From assembly GCA_902558435.1 (NCBI GenBank), contig CACEDU010000002.1, positions 78,680-142,679 on the forward strand: 64,000 nucleotides of DNA. Reading direction: 5' to 3'. Of the stretch, positions 1 to 10,014 are shown one piece after another (within the stretch, counting starts at the first letter, position 1; every line of letters starts with the position of its first letter). The position numbers were made by a program, and so were the translations under genes. Below the pieces are notes generated by a model. It ran no database searches. It saw nothing but the letters and a program-made list of their open reading frames with translations, and was not told where the DNA came from. Source of the stretch: an uncultured Pelagibacteraceae bacterium. GTDB lineage: Bacteria; Pseudomonadota; Alphaproteobacteria; Pelagibacterales; Pelagibacteraceae.

Positions 1-453
1 TACGACACATAGTAAAACCGATAAACCCATCAATGCTACCGTTTGCAGAGATGGTTCCCACATTCCTGTTGCACCCCAAAAATAAATGACAAATAAAGAG
101 TACAATCCTAATCTTAAACCACCTGCAATTAAGCAAGGCAAAAATATTAATGCTGCAATTAATAGCCAAGGTGAGTCGATAAGGAAATCTTCAACAAAGT
201 AATATACATTTTTAATATAACTGGCTATTATTTTGGTAATCCATCTATAATTTTTCTTTAAATAATCTTCACCTTCATTAACCCATGCTGTAAATGTAAA
301 TTGATCAGTGACGACCTTTGGCATTTTTGAAGGACCATCGCTTTGAAAAGATAACCACAGTGCAACTAAAAATGTTATTAAGATTACAGAATATGTAATA
401 ATATTTTTTGATGAATTTGGCTTTCCTTGGATACTTGCTACTTCAGAAGACAT
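1..453 (-). CDS. ProW/OpuAB-like glycine betaine/proline ABC transporter permease, N-terminal 151 codons only (gene continues past left edge)
   Basis: Not in the ORF track because it is truncated. My minus-strand translation from the ATG at 453..451 stays open to base 1: MSSEVASIQGKPNSS...FTFTAWVNEGEDYLKKNYRW...DSPWLLIAALIFLPCLIAGGLRLGLYSLFVIYFWGATGMWEPSLQTVALMGLSVLLCVV. It has a long hydrophilic N-terminus, then TM segments and a W-E-x-x-x-x-T-x-A-L stretch typical of ProW-type permeases. It is divergent from a ProV-like ATPase gene. Confidence 0.6.
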   Translation of the reverse strand, partial: MSSEVASIQGKPNSSKNIITYSVILITFLVALWLSFQSDGPSKMPKVVTDQFTFTAWVNEGEDYLKKNYRWITKIIASYIKNVYYFVEDFLIDSPWLLIAALIFLPCLIAGGLRLGLYSLFVIYFWGATGMWEPSLQTVALMGLSVLLCVV

Positions 454-532
454 ATTATCTAAAATTTAAAATAAATAATTTTACTTTTAAAGAAAAATAT
501 TGTCTATTTTTGTGTTATTAAAATAACAAAAT

Positions 533-1579
533 ATGAATAATCAACCAAAAATAACGTGTTCAAATGTTTGGAAATTATTTGGTTCTGACGAACAAAGAAT
601 AATTAAAGATTTAGATAAAAGTTTATCAATAAAAGAAGTTCAAGAAAAAACCGGACATGTGGTTGCAGTAAAAGATGTTAGCTTTTCAATTGAGAAAGGT
701 GAGACATTTGTTGTAATGGGTTTATCGGGAAGCGGAAAATCAACCTTAGTTAGATGTATTTCAAGATTAATTGAACCAACGTCTGGAACAGTAAAAATGG
801 ATGATGTTGACGTAACGAAAATGAGTGGCAGAGAACTATTAGATTTAAGAAGAAATAAAATGAGCATGGTTTTTCAACATTTTGGTTTATTTCCACATAG
901 AACAGTTGTGGAGAATATTGGATATGGTTTAGAGATTAGAGGAAATAAAAAAAATGATAGAGTAGAAAAATCAATGGAAGTTTTAAAAATGGTTGGTTTA
1001 GAAGGTTGGCACAATAATTATCCAAGAGAACTATCAGGAGGAATGCAACAAAGGGTGGGTTTAGCTCGTGCATTAGCTGTAGATCCAGAAATTTTAATTT
1101 TTGATGAACCCTTTTCAGCATTAGATCCATTAATTAGAAGAGAAATGCAGGATGAACTTTTAAAGATTCAAGAAAAGTTACAGAAGACTATGGTATTTAT
1201 TACTCATGATTTCTTAGAGGCAATTAAAATGGGTGATCATATTGCAATTATGAAAGATGGAGAAGTTTCTCAAGTAGGGACACCAGAGGAAATAGTTGCT
1301 AACCCCAAAGATCAATATGTAAAAGATTTTTGCGAAGATGTGCCAAAATACAAAGTCCTTAGTGCAAGCAAAGTAATGAGGGAAGAATGTTGTGACGATA
1401 CAAAAAAAATGTTTGAAAACGGATCAAATAATATTCCTCACAATTCAAAAATAGAAACTTTAATTGATAAGCTTGTAGATACAGATCAGAAATTTCCAGT
1501 GGTTAATAGTGAGACAGGTGAGCTTATTGGTGAAATTGATAGAGCAATAGTTATGAAATCAATGAAATCTGCTAGTTAA
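533..1579 (+). CDS. proV: Glycine betaine/proline-type ABC transporter ATP-binding protein (ProV/OpuAA-like)
   Basis: Walker A GLSGSGKST, signature LSGGMQQRVGLARAL, Walker B ILIFDEPFSALD, H-loop ITHD. C-terminal CBS-like tail (FPVVNSETGELIGEIDRAIVMKS), as in ProV/OpuAA. Confidence 0.85.
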   Translation: MNNQPKITCSNVWKLFGSDEQRIIKDLDKSLSIKEVQEKTGHVVAVKDVSFSIEKGETFVVMGLSGSGKSTLVRCISRLIEPTSGTVKMDDVDVTKMSGRELLDLRRNKMSMVFQHFGLFPHRTVVENIGYGLEIRGNKKNDRVEKSMEVLKMVGLEGWHNNYPRELSGGMQQRVGLARALAVDPEILIFDEPFSALDPLIRREMQDELLKIQEKLQKTMVFITHDFLEAIKMGDHIAIMKDGEVSQVGTPEEIVANPKDQYVKDFCEDVPKYKVLSASKVMREECCDDTKKMFENGSNNIPHNSKIETLIDKLVDTDQKFPVVNSETGELIGEIDRAIVMKSMKSAS

Positions 1580-2504
1580 TTTCTCTACTCACCTTAGTTT
1601 TTTTTTGTTTTACTTTATCTCTCCAAATTATAATCATTCCAGCAAACACAATTACGAAAACTCCTGGAAATAATTGTTCCCAAGGAGCCTCATTAAAAAA
1701 TAACCAACCTAAAACAAATGATGAAGGAATACCAAAATATTCAAACGAAGCCATCTTACTTGCAGAGATTAATCTATAAGAATAGATAAAAAGTATTGCT
1801 GCAGTACCTCCAAGAATACCAGTCAATGTCATAAGAAAAAAATCTTGGGTACTTTTTATTTCTACATGTCCGGTAGTTAATAAAAACAGTACAACACCAC
1901 CAATTACATTAAATATTAAAGTGTATAATTGAATTTTTGCTGTTGAGTGACCATCCGGTATAAATTTTAAAATTATCACACTTAATGCCCAAGCAATAGC
2001 AGTTAGAATTGGAAATATTGAGTAAAAACTAAATATATCACTTCCTGGCTGAACAATTAAAACAACGCCAAAAAAACCTATAAAAATTGCAGACCATCTA
2101 TAAATACCAACTTTATCCTTTAAAAAAATTATCGATAAAATTACAATGAAAAATGGTGAAGAAAATGTAAGAACCATAGCAGTAGCAAATTCTAAGTTAA
2201 TAACAGAAATAAATATAAATATATTCATTGATAAGAAAGCCAAACCTCTAAAAAAGCTTAAGATAATGAATTTATTGTTTAGGTTCCTAAAAACTGAAAT
2301 GTGCTCTTTAGTAAATAAAATAAGTATAAATAAAGGGATTACCCCCGCAATATTTCTGAATACTGCTAACTGAATTACAGTATATTCATTACCCAAAAAC
2401 TTTATTACAACCATATACATATCCACACATAGTATTGCTAAGAGCATGGTAAATATCGCTAAATATGTTTTTTTTAAATCTGTTTTTTCTGAAGAAATAT
2501 TCAT
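1572..2504 (-). CDS. DMT-superfamily (EamA-like) transporter
   Basis: 310 aa, about ten hydrophobic helices in two similar halves, no soluble domain. The 3' end overlaps the proV 3' end by 8 nt (convergent). Confidence 0.7.
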   Translation of the reverse strand: MNISSEKTDLKKTYLAIFTMLLAILCVDMYMVVIKFLGNEYTVIQLAVFRNIAGVIPLFILILFTKEHISVFRNLNNKFIILSFFRGLAFLSMNIFIFISVINLEFATAMVLTFSSPFFIVILSIIFLKDKVGIYRWSAIFIGFFGVVLIVQPGSDIFSFYSIFPILTAIAWALSVIILKFIPDGHSTAKIQLYTLIFNVIGGVVLFLLTTGHVEIKSTQDFFLMTLTGILGGTAAILFIYSYRLISASKMASFEYFGIPSSFVLGWLFFNEAPWEQLFPGVFVIVFAGMIIIWRDKVKQKKTKVSREIN

Positions 2505-2540
2505 TTATAATTTTTTAAAATTGTATACTTTATAAAAGAA

Positions 2541-3731
2541 ATGCAAAGTTTTAAACTTAACGAAACTGATATTCTATCCAATCAAGATTGGACGTTTCCG
2601 ACTAATATTGCATACGGTCCAGGTAGATTGAAAGAAATAGGTGGTATCTGTAATAATTTAAATATTAAAAACCCTTTAATTGTTACAGATAAAGGTAGCA
2701 CAAAATTACCATTTATAATTAATTTACAAAATTATTTAAAAAGTTCTGATGTAAAATCCGATTTATTTTTTGATATATCTCCAAATCCAAGAGAAGATGA
2801 GGTTTCAAATGGCGTTAGTAAATTTAAAGATGGAAACCATGATGCTATAATTGCAATCGGTGGAGGCAGTGCCATGGATGGAGGAAAATTAATTTGCCTC
2901 ACAGCAAACAATGACGTTCCATTAAGAGATTTTGAGTTTGAATTAACTCCACCTAAAATTAGCAAGGATAACCCATTCCCAAAAATTATAACTATTCCAA
3001 CAACTGCCGGAACTGGAGCTGAAACAGAAATTTCAGCTATGGTTACTTATTTAAAAGAAGGCATGAAATTTTGTATGTGGCATCCAGATGTTAGACCTTC
3101 CTTAGCATTGTTAGATCCAGAACTAACTATTGGATTGCCAGCAAATTTAACGGCATGGACTGGTGCAGATGCTTTAATCCATAGTATAGAGGGTTATTGT
3201 GTTCCTGGTTTCAATCCAATGTGTGATGGTGCAGCGTTAGAGGGATTGTCATTAATATCAAAATCTTTAGTCACAGCTGTAGAAGATCCCACAAATATAG
3301 TTGCAAGAGGTGGAATGCATGTTGGATCTTGTTTAGCAGGAATTTCTTTTTTAAAAGGTTTAGGATTAGTACATGCTATTGCTCATATGGTTGGAGCCGA
3401 ATACAATACTCATCACGGACTAACGAACGCAATAATATTACCTGTAGTTTTAAAATATAATCTACCAGGTATGGAAGAAAAAGTTAAAAGAATGTCAGAG
3501 GCTATGCAATTTAAAGATCATTCTGTAGATGCATTTATATCAAACATTGAAAACATTCTTGATAGAATTAAAATTCCAAAAAGTTTAAGCGAAATTGGAG
3601 TCCCCGAGGATTGTGTTGATAGAATTGCTGAAAAATCAATGAAAGATCAAGCCTACGGACAAAATCCTAAAAAAGCAACTTTAGAAGAAATAAAGGAAAT
3701 TACTCTAGCATCCATTAAAAAAGCTAGGTAA
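2541..3731 (+). CDS. Iron-containing (type III) alcohol dehydrogenase
   Basis: GGGSAMDGGK nucleotide-binding motif, metal-binding His cluster HAIAHMVGAEYNTHHG, 396 aa typical length. Confidence 0.85.
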   Translation: MQSFKLNETDILSNQDWTFPTNIAYGPGRLKEIGGICNNLNIKNPLIVTDKGSTKLPFIINLQNYLKSSDVKSDLFFDISPNPREDEVSNGVSKFKDGNHDAIIAIGGGSAMDGGKLICLTANNDVPLRDFEFELTPPKISKDNPFPKIITIPTTAGTGAETEISAMVTYLKEGMKFCMWHPDVRPSLALLDPELTIGLPANLTAWTGADALIHSIEGYCVPGFNPMCDGAALEGLSLISKSLVTAVEDPTNIVARGGMHVGSCLAGISFLKGLGLVHAIAHMVGAEYNTHHGLTNAIILPVVLKYNLPGMEEKVKRMSEAMQFKDHSVDAFISNIENILDRIKIPKSLSEIGVPEDCVDRIAEKSMKDQAYGQNPKKATLEEIKEITLASIKKAR

Positions 3732-3743
3732 CAGTAAAATCTC

Positions 3744-5162
3744 ATGCTTGAAAATAAATCAGTTAAAGAAATTATTTCTTTAATTAAGAAAAAGGATGTT
3801 TCAGTAAAAGAAATAGTTGGCTTATATTTTGAAAGAATAAAAAAATTTAATCCATCTTTGAATGCTATTGTTTCAATTAAGGATGAAGAAGAAATTATTA
3901 AAGAAGCTGAGATTAAGGACAAAAATTTTGACGAGAATAAGCCGTTATTTGGCTTACCTCTTGCCTCTAAAGATTTGCTAGATGTAGTTGGTTTTCCAAC
4001 CACTTATGGTTTTCCTGGATATAAAGATTATTTTCCAAAAAAAAATTCTATAATTGTTGATCGTCAAATAGATGCCGGTGGAATAATAATTGGAAAAACA
4101 AACACTGCTGAATTAGGTGTGGGCGCTCATACAGCGAATAGATTATTTGGAATAACACCAAACATATATGGAAATAGTCAATCATCTGGTGGATCAAGTG
4201 GTGGAGCTGGTGTTGCAGTTGCAGCAAATTTACTGCCATTTGCTGATGGTACAGATATGATGGGTTCTTGTAGAACACCTGCTGCTTATGCAAATGTCTA
4301 TGGTTTTAGACCAACACCAGGATTACTTCCCGATTATAGAACAAATGAAAAAAAGAAAAATCTTCCGGTTATTTCAACACCAGGATGTCTTGCAAGAACA
4401 CCTGATGATATGTCTATTCTTTTAGATGTCATAGTTGGAGAACATAAAGAAGATCCAATTTCTTTCAGTTTAGATAATTCTTTTAGTGAGGTTAATTTAA
4501 GTGACCATGAATTTTCAAAAATAAAAATTGGATGGTTATCTGACATGAATGGTAACTATCAATATGATCCTGAGATAGTTGAAATATGTAACAAACAACT
4601 TAACAATCTTGAAAAGCATAAAGTTATAATTGAAAACTTAAAACCAAAAATAGATGCTAATAAATTATGGAATTGCTGGGGCACATTAAGAGCAAAAAGT
4701 ATTTATGAGGATATTATTACAATGAATATCAAAGATGTTAACGAAATGACTCCACAGGCGTTATGGGAATACAATAAAGGTATCGAGCTCACAGAGGAAG
4801 ATGTAAAATCTGCTCTTAACTTAAGAATTGAATTATCAAATGATGTAAATAGTTTGTTTGGTGATTTTGATTTTTTAGCTTTACCATCTCAACAATCATT
4901 TCCTTTTGATAAAAATTTAAGACACCCAGAAAAAATAAATGAAAAATTAATGGACACGTATCATAGATGGATTGAAATACATATATTCGCTAGTCTTTTT
5001 TACTTGCCATCAATTTCTTTACCTATTGGTTTTAATAAAGATGGATTTCCAATAGGTATTCAAATTATAGCAAAAGAAAAAGAAGATTTAAAAGTAATAT
5101 CTTTTGCAAAAAGATATGAAGAAATTTTTAATTTTTCTAAAATTAAACCAAAATTAAACTAA
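3744..5162 (+). CDS. Amidase-signature family amidase
   Basis: Gly/Ser-rich amidase signature GGSSGGAGVAVAANL, upstream KDLLDVVGFPTTYG, 472 aa. Confidence 0.85.
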   Translation: MLENKSVKEIISLIKKKDVSVKEIVGLYFERIKKFNPSLNAIVSIKDEEEIIKEAEIKDKNFDENKPLFGLPLASKDLLDVVGFPTTYGFPGYKDYFPKKNSIIVDRQIDAGGIIIGKTNTAELGVGAHTANRLFGITPNIYGNSQSSGGSSGGAGVAVAANLLPFADGTDMMGSCRTPAAYANVYGFRPTPGLLPDYRTNEKKKNLPVISTPGCLARTPDDMSILLDVIVGEHKEDPISFSLDNSFSEVNLSDHEFSKIKIGWLSDMNGNYQYDPEIVEICNKQLNNLEKHKVIIENLKPKIDANKLWNCWGTLRAKSIYEDIITMNIKDVNEMTPQALWEYNKGIELTEEDVKSALNLRIELSNDVNSLFGDFDFLALPSQQSFPFDKNLRHPEKINEKLMDTYHRWIEIHIFASLFYLPSISLPIGFNKDGFPIGIQIIAKEKEDLKVISFAKRYEEIFNFSKIKPKLN

Positions 5163-6055
5163 TGGTCAGACACAAACATCATTTTAAAATAGCTTTTGCG
5201 TTAGCAATAGCTGCTGGGTCATGGGGAGTTTATTGGCTACCTCAAAGAATTTTAGAAGATGGGGGACTCACTGGAGGTTGGGGAACAATTTCTCAAATGA
5301 TGATCGGAATTTTATTACTTACACCCATCTCTTTGTGGAGAAAGTATAAAGGTCGTACATCTGGTTTAGAAATTCCTTTTGTTGGTTTTTTAACGGGCAG
5401 TGGTTTTATATGTTACGCATTAAGTTTCTTGCTTACAGATGTTGTGCGAGCATTAATCATGTTTTACATGATACCTGTCTGGACGACTATTTTTGAAATA
5501 TATTTTTTAAAAAAAAGACCAGGTTTAGAAAGAGTTTTAACTTTAAGCTTAGCACTAGGGGGTTTGTGGGTAGTTTTTAGTCAATCTAACATTATACCGT
5601 TACCACAAAATGCAGGAGATTGGTTGGCATTGGTAGGTGGTGTGCTATTTGGGGCTGGGTTGGTACGTTTAGAAATTTCCAAAACAGATGGTGTCTTTCC
5701 AGTAATTTTTTCTTTCTTTGTTTATGGGACAATATTTAATATTTTTGCTGGCTTTATTTTAAAAGATTACTTAGGACCTATGCCGCCGATTGAAGCTTTT
5801 ACATCAATGTTTACTTTTTTAGTTCTTATTTCAGTATTTTATTTTATTCCTACTGGAGTAGTTATAATGTGGTCTCCATCTGTTTTAGGTGCAGGCCTTT
5901 GTGCAATATTATATTTAAGCGAAATAGTAGTTGGAGTTATATCAGCTGGTATTTTAACAGATGAAACATTTGGTTGGAGAGAAATCGTTGGAAGTACAAT
6001 GATTGTTGTAGGAGGAGTATTAGCTGTTGTTCTAGCACCAAAAGAAGAAAAATAG
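5162..6055 (+). CDS. Polytopic membrane protein, DMT/EamA-like
   Basis: 297 aa, about ten hydrophobic segments. The start overlaps the amidase stop (TAATG). Family call rests on topology only. Confidence 0.5.
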   Translation: MVRHKHHFKIAFALAIAAGSWGVYWLPQRILEDGGLTGGWGTISQMMIGILLLTPISLWRKYKGRTSGLEIPFVGFLTGSGFICYALSFLLTDVVRALIMFYMIPVWTTIFEIYFLKKRPGLERVLTLSLALGGLWVVFSQSNIIPLPQNAGDWLALVGGVLFGAGLVRLEISKTDGVFPVIFSFFVYGTIFNIFAGFILKDYLGPMPPIEAFTSMFTFLVLISVFYFIPTGVVIMWSPSVLGAGLCAILYLSEIVVGVISAGILTDETFGWREIVGSTMIVVGGVLAVVLAPKEEK

Positions 6056-7045
6056 ATGCTGTTTAAAGAAAAGTTTAAATCAAATTCAAAAATATTCTTA
6101 GATGGTGGAAATGGTTCTGAGATTGCAAACTTAGGAGGTGAGATGACACCAGCTTTTTCTGCATTAGCAACAATCACAGCACCAGAAATTGTAAGACAAG
6201 TTCATGAAAATTTTATGGATGCAGGCTGTGATCTTATTACAGCAAATACTTTTAGCACTACAAGACACAATATGAATAGTATTAACAAAGGTAATGAAAC
6301 AAAAGATTTTATTATTAGATCTGTCGATATAGCCAAAAAGGCAATAAAGAATAAGGGGAAAGAAAATATAGTTGGAATAGCAGGGAGTATGTCGAATTTT
6401 TTCTCACTGAAGGAGAATGAATTTGTTCCAGATCCAAAGTACATACCTTCATTCAGAGAGGAAGAGAGAAACTATAAAGAGGCTGCTAAAATCTTAAAAG
6501 AAGAGGGAGTTGATATTTTAATTCTAGAAATGATATTAGATATAGATCACTCAAAAATCTTACTTAACTCTGCATTAGAAACTGGTTTACCTGTTTGGGT
6601 TGGACTTAGTTGCTGTATAAGCAAGTTTGATAATAAGGTTATTGGAAGAAATTTTAGAGCTGAAAAAGAAAAATCACTCATTTATGATGAAAGTATATAC
6701 AAAGAGCAACCAAAATTTATTCCTGATGATAAGATTGTTCTTTTAGATGATATTATGAAATCTCTAACAAATATCGGCGGAGATGTTTATGGTATTATGC
6801 ATACTTGGCTTGTTGATGCCTTTGATGGATTGAAGGTGATTAAAAATAATTGGCAGGGTCCAATTATGTTTTATCCAGAGATACATAAGTTTGATACAAA
6901 AACACATAAGGCAACAGTGACATACGCTGAGGATGAATTTGCTGATGAATGTGGAAAACTAATTGATGACCAAATTCAAATAATCGGAGGGTGTTGTGGT
7001 GTCACAGATAATCATCTCAAAAAATTAATTTCAAGGTATTCTTAA
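6056..7045 (+). CDS. Homocysteine S-methyltransferase family protein (BHMT/MmuM-like)
   Basis: N-terminal LDGGNGSEI motif, internal GLSCC and C-terminal GGCCGV zinc-ligand cysteines typical of the homocysteine S-methyltransferase domain. Confidence 0.8.
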   Translation: MLFKEKFKSNSKIFLDGGNGSEIANLGGEMTPAFSALATITAPEIVRQVHENFMDAGCDLITANTFSTTRHNMNSINKGNETKDFIIRSVDIAKKAIKNKGKENIVGIAGSMSNFFSLKENEFVPDPKYIPSFREEERNYKEAAKILKEEGVDILILEMILDIDHSKILLNSALETGLPVWVGLSCCISKFDNKVIGRNFRAEKEKSLIYDESIYKEQPKFIPDDKIVLLDDIMKSLTNIGGDVYGIMHTWLVDAFDGLKVIKNNWQGPIMFYPEIHKFDTKTHKATVTYAEDEFADECGKLIDDQIQIIGGCCGVTDNHLKKLISRYS

Positions 7046-7053
7046 TTTTAATA

Positions 7054-8211
7054 TTAATTGTTAACTAAGTTTATCAACATATTAATCATATCAACTTTAT
7101 AACTCTCTTTTGTTGCAGATTTTGTTTCTAATACTGAAAAAAATGCTGCGACTTTGCCGGTTTTAAAATTTGTTGCCAAAAACTGACCTCCATATCCAGA
7201 GTGTCCAATCATGTTACCTGATACCATTGTTGAATTTGAGTAATACAAATATTTATTTTTTGATAATTCCATGTATTTAGGTCCTAAATTTTTAATAGTT
7301 TTGTCTAAAAAAGAAGGTGATCCAACTTTTCTATTTCCAACCCCCATACCTTTTCTTGCAAAAAGTAAACCCATTCTTAAAAAATCTCTTGTAATTAAAC
7401 AACCACCACCAGACATCCATGGCATCCCATATCTATCAGAGGCAATATATAAACCTTCTTCAAAGCCAGCAGCTTCAACTGCCGATAAAACCCAATCTCT
7501 TAAAGTTCTTCCACTTACCTTTTCTACAATTAATCCAACTACATCAGTATTTGCAGATTTGTAAAATGCATATTGAGATCTATTTATTAAACTTTTGTTT
7601 TTAATTTTTTTAATTGTATTTAAATATTCTTCTTGGCTTAAATGATTTTTTAAATTTTTTGGTAACCTCCAACCTCCAACAGGCTCATGTAAAAAGGAGG
7701 AAGAATATGCTTTAGTATAATCTTCGGTATAGGAATTTATAATATTCATATTCAAAACATCTTGTACTTTTGCATCAGCATAACCGCTTCCAATTTTAGG
7801 CAAATAATGTGAAACTTTTTTATTCAAATTTATTGAATTATTTTTCACAAGTTCACCTACAAAAAAGTTAACAAACATTTTAGTTATTGACATAATTGTC
7901 TGTGGTTGATTTTTTTTGAAATCTTTAGCGTATTTTTCAAATAATATATTTTGACCTCTGCCAACGATTATTGAACAAAAAGATTTATTTTTGATCATTT
8001 TTTTTACCAAAGGTATTTTACCAATTTTATTATTGGGTTTTGACTTTAGTTTTAATACTAGATCAGATCTTAGATAAAGACTGTACCTATTTATTTTATG
8101 TAAATTTCTGTAACCAAATCTTCTAGTTTTTGGAAGATTCCATAAAGCCTTATTATCTCTAATTGTATTTATTTCAGGATTTTTAACAGAGGCTAATTTT
8201 TTTATTTTCAA
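7054..8211 (-). CDS. Beta-lactamase-fold serine hydrolase (class C / esterase-like)
   Basis: S-x-x-K nucleophile motif in TIMSITKMF, 385 aa, HSGYGGQ near the C-terminus. The start overlaps the msrA stop by 4 nt. Confidence 0.7.
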   Translation of the reverse strand: MKIKKLASVKNPEINTIRDNKALWNLPKTRRFGYRNLHKINRYSLYLRSDLVLKLKSKPNNKIGKIPLVKKMIKNKSFCSIIVGRGQNILFEKYAKDFKKNQPQTIMSITKMFVNFFVGELVKNNSINLNKKVSHYLPKIGSGYADAKVQDVLNMNIINSYTEDYTKAYSSSFLHEPVGGWRLPKNLKNHLSQEEYLNTIKKIKNKSLINRSQYAFYKSANTDVVGLIVEKVSGRTLRDWVLSAVEAAGFEEGLYIASDRYGMPWMSGGGCLITRDFLRMGLLFARKGMGVGNRKVGSPSFLDKTIKNLGPKYMELSKNKYLYYSNSTMVSGNMIGHSGYGGQFLATNFKTGKVAAFFSVLETKSATKESYKVDMINMLINLVNN

Positions 8212-8660
8212 TATTTTAAAGATTTTTTTTGTTCGTATTTCTGATGATATCCTTCTGCTTTACAATAATTTTTTTCCTTGGATATTTTTGTTGATACCTT
8301 ACCATTTAATTTTTTGTTCACTTCATTTAATACTTTTTCAGCAATCTTTTTTTCTTCATCAGTATTATAAAATATTTCTGATCTATATTGAATTCCAACA
8401 TAAGTACCTTGCCTATTTACTTGTGTAGAGTCGTGCAATTCAAAAAATAGATTAACCATGTCCTCATATGATTTTTCTTTTTCATCATATTGAACTTTTA
8501 CAACTTCAATATGGCCAGTGTCACCCCCGCACACAGCTTTATAGGTTACATTAGGATCATCCCCTCCACAGTAACCACATTCAGTAGAGATGATGCCGCT
8601 AATGCCTTCGTACTTAGTTTCATCCCAAAAACAACCAATACCGCCAATAAATGTCTTCAT
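8208..8660 (-). CDS. msrA: Peptide-methionine (S)-S-oxide reductase MsrA
   Basis: N-terminal GGIGCFW catalytic motif, followed by GYCGG and HIEVVKVQYD, as in MsrA; 150 aa. Confidence 0.9.
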   Translation of the reverse strand: MKTFIGGIGCFWDETKYEGISGIISTECGYCGGDDPNVTYKAVCGGDTGHIEVVKVQYDEKEKSYEDMVNLFFELHDSTQVNRQGTYVGIQYRSEIFYNTDEEKKIAEKVLNEVNKKLNGKVSTKISKEKNYCKAEGYHQKYEQKKSLKY

Positions 8661-8678
8661 TATTTCTTAACTTATACT

Positions 8679-9593
8679 TTAGTTTTTTAAAATTGAAATG
8701 GCTTTAATTTCATCAACTCCTATTCCACAACAGCCACCTATAATTTGAGCTCCATCTTTAATCCATGTTTTTACTTCATTTAAATAATCATTTGGAGTCA
8801 TGTCATCTATAAATCTCCAATGTGGTTTTTCATAATATCCTTTATTTGGATACGCTCCTATGGCTCCATCAAAATTTTCTCTCGCAGTTTTTATTGCCTT
8901 GCCTGTAGTTTTAATATCAGAGTGGGCTACTAAAATTGGACCGTTATGAATTTTTTTAAAATTATTTATAGATTTTTCAAAATTTTCATAGACGTGCGTA
9001 TCAGAGTCAATTGTATCGTTGTACCCGAGCATTATTTGATTTTGATCATTCGTTACACACGATACCGACAACCAAACTGGTATACTTATCTTTGTAGAAC
9101 AGTTTAACATTGTTTCCACAATATCTGCTTGAGAAGACATAGCCTCTAAAATAATTAAATCTACTCCTTCACCTGATAAAATTTTAAGTTGTTCATCAAA
9201 GCCAGGTATCATTGCTTTAACTCCTAGTTTGTAAAAATTACCAAAAGTTGAAACGCTTCCAGCAAGAGCAACATCTTTGTTTGAATTTTTAATTGCATCT
9301 TTTGCAATTTGAACACTTTTTTTATTAAATTCCTCTATTAAGTCTTCATAACCATACTGTCTCATTGATATAGGTGTAGTACTATATGTATTTGTAGTTA
9401 TTACATCAGCACCCGCATTTATATAATCTTCATGAATTTTTCTTACTAATTCTGGATTATCTACTGAGCATTTTCCACACCACATTTTTTCATCCATTTT
9501 AGCGCCATTCTTTTCTAATTCAGCACCCATTCCACCATCTAAAATAATAGTTTTTTTATTTTCTAATTTTTCATGAATTGATGAATAAGACAT
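8679..9593 (-). CDS. Homocysteine S-methyltransferase family protein (second paralog)
   Basis: LDGGMGAELE, SVSC and C-terminal GGCCGIG motifs. The track ORF extends to 9689, but that extension overlaps the upstream VOC gene. I place the start at the internal ATG (MSYSSIHEKL..., 9593..9591), 4 nt after the VOC stop. Confidence 0.8.
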   Translation of the reverse strand: MSYSSIHEKLENKKTIILDGGMGAELEKNGAKMDEKMWCGKCSVDNPELVRKIHEDYINAGADVITTNTYSTTPISMRQYGYEDLIEEFNKKSVQIAKDAIKNSNKDVALAGSVSTFGNFYKLGVKAMIPGFDEQLKILSGEGVDLIILEAMSSQADIVETMLNCSTKISIPVWLSVSCVTNDQNQIMLGYNDTIDSDTHVYENFEKSINNFKKIHNGPILVAHSDIKTTGKAIKTARENFDGAIGAYPNKGYYEKPHWRFIDDMTPNDYLNEVKTWIKDGAQIIGGCCGIGVDEIKAISILKN

Positions 9594-9597
9594 ATTA

Positions 9598-9984
9598 TTA
9601 TTCTTTGCTATTTGTGAAGGTGCAAATTTTATTTCCATCAAGATCACGTACGTAAGAATAATAAACTCCTGATCCTTCTGGTCGTTCACCTCCTGATCCT
9701 TCGCTAGTACCTCCAGCTTTTAAACCTATTTCGTGAAATCTATCAACAAGAACTCTTGAAGATGTTATAAATGATATTTGTGTTCCATTTCCAAAAGTTG
9801 CTTCTTTTTTATTAAAGGGTTTTGTAATGTAAAATTCTATTTCGTTTGTATCTTTTTTTCCATATGCTGCATAATCGTTCTCAACAGTTTCGTTTCTTGA
9901 TAGTCCAATGACTTTCAAAACTTCATCATAAAACTTAATTGCAGCATCTAAATTATTTGTTCCCACCATTACATAACCAATCAT
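9598..9984 (-). CDS. VOC (glyoxalase/bleomycin-resistance/dioxygenase) family protein
   Basis: 128 aa. The N-terminus MIGYVMVGTNNLDAAIKFYDEVL is typical of the glyoxalase-fold beta-alpha-beta-beta-beta module. Confidence 0.7.
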   Translation of the reverse strand: MIGYVMVGTNNLDAAIKFYDEVLKVIGLSRNETVENDYAAYGKKDTNEIEFYITKPFNKKEATFGNGTQISFITSSRVLVDRFHEIGLKAGGTSEGSGGERPEGSGVYYSYVRDLDGNKICTFTNSKE

Positions 9985-10014
9985 CTCAACCTCAAATATC
10001 TTGAATATATTTTT

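Noticed and set aside
9594-9689. N-terminal extension of the track ORF 8679..9689 (MNDQKDQEFIILTYVILMEIKFAPSQIAKNNN...).
   Set aside because: It overlaps the 3' end of the upstream VOC gene (9598..9984) in another frame and has no methyltransferase-like sequence. An internal ATG at 9593, 4 nt after the VOC stop, gives a protein that starts where the paralog at 6056 starts.
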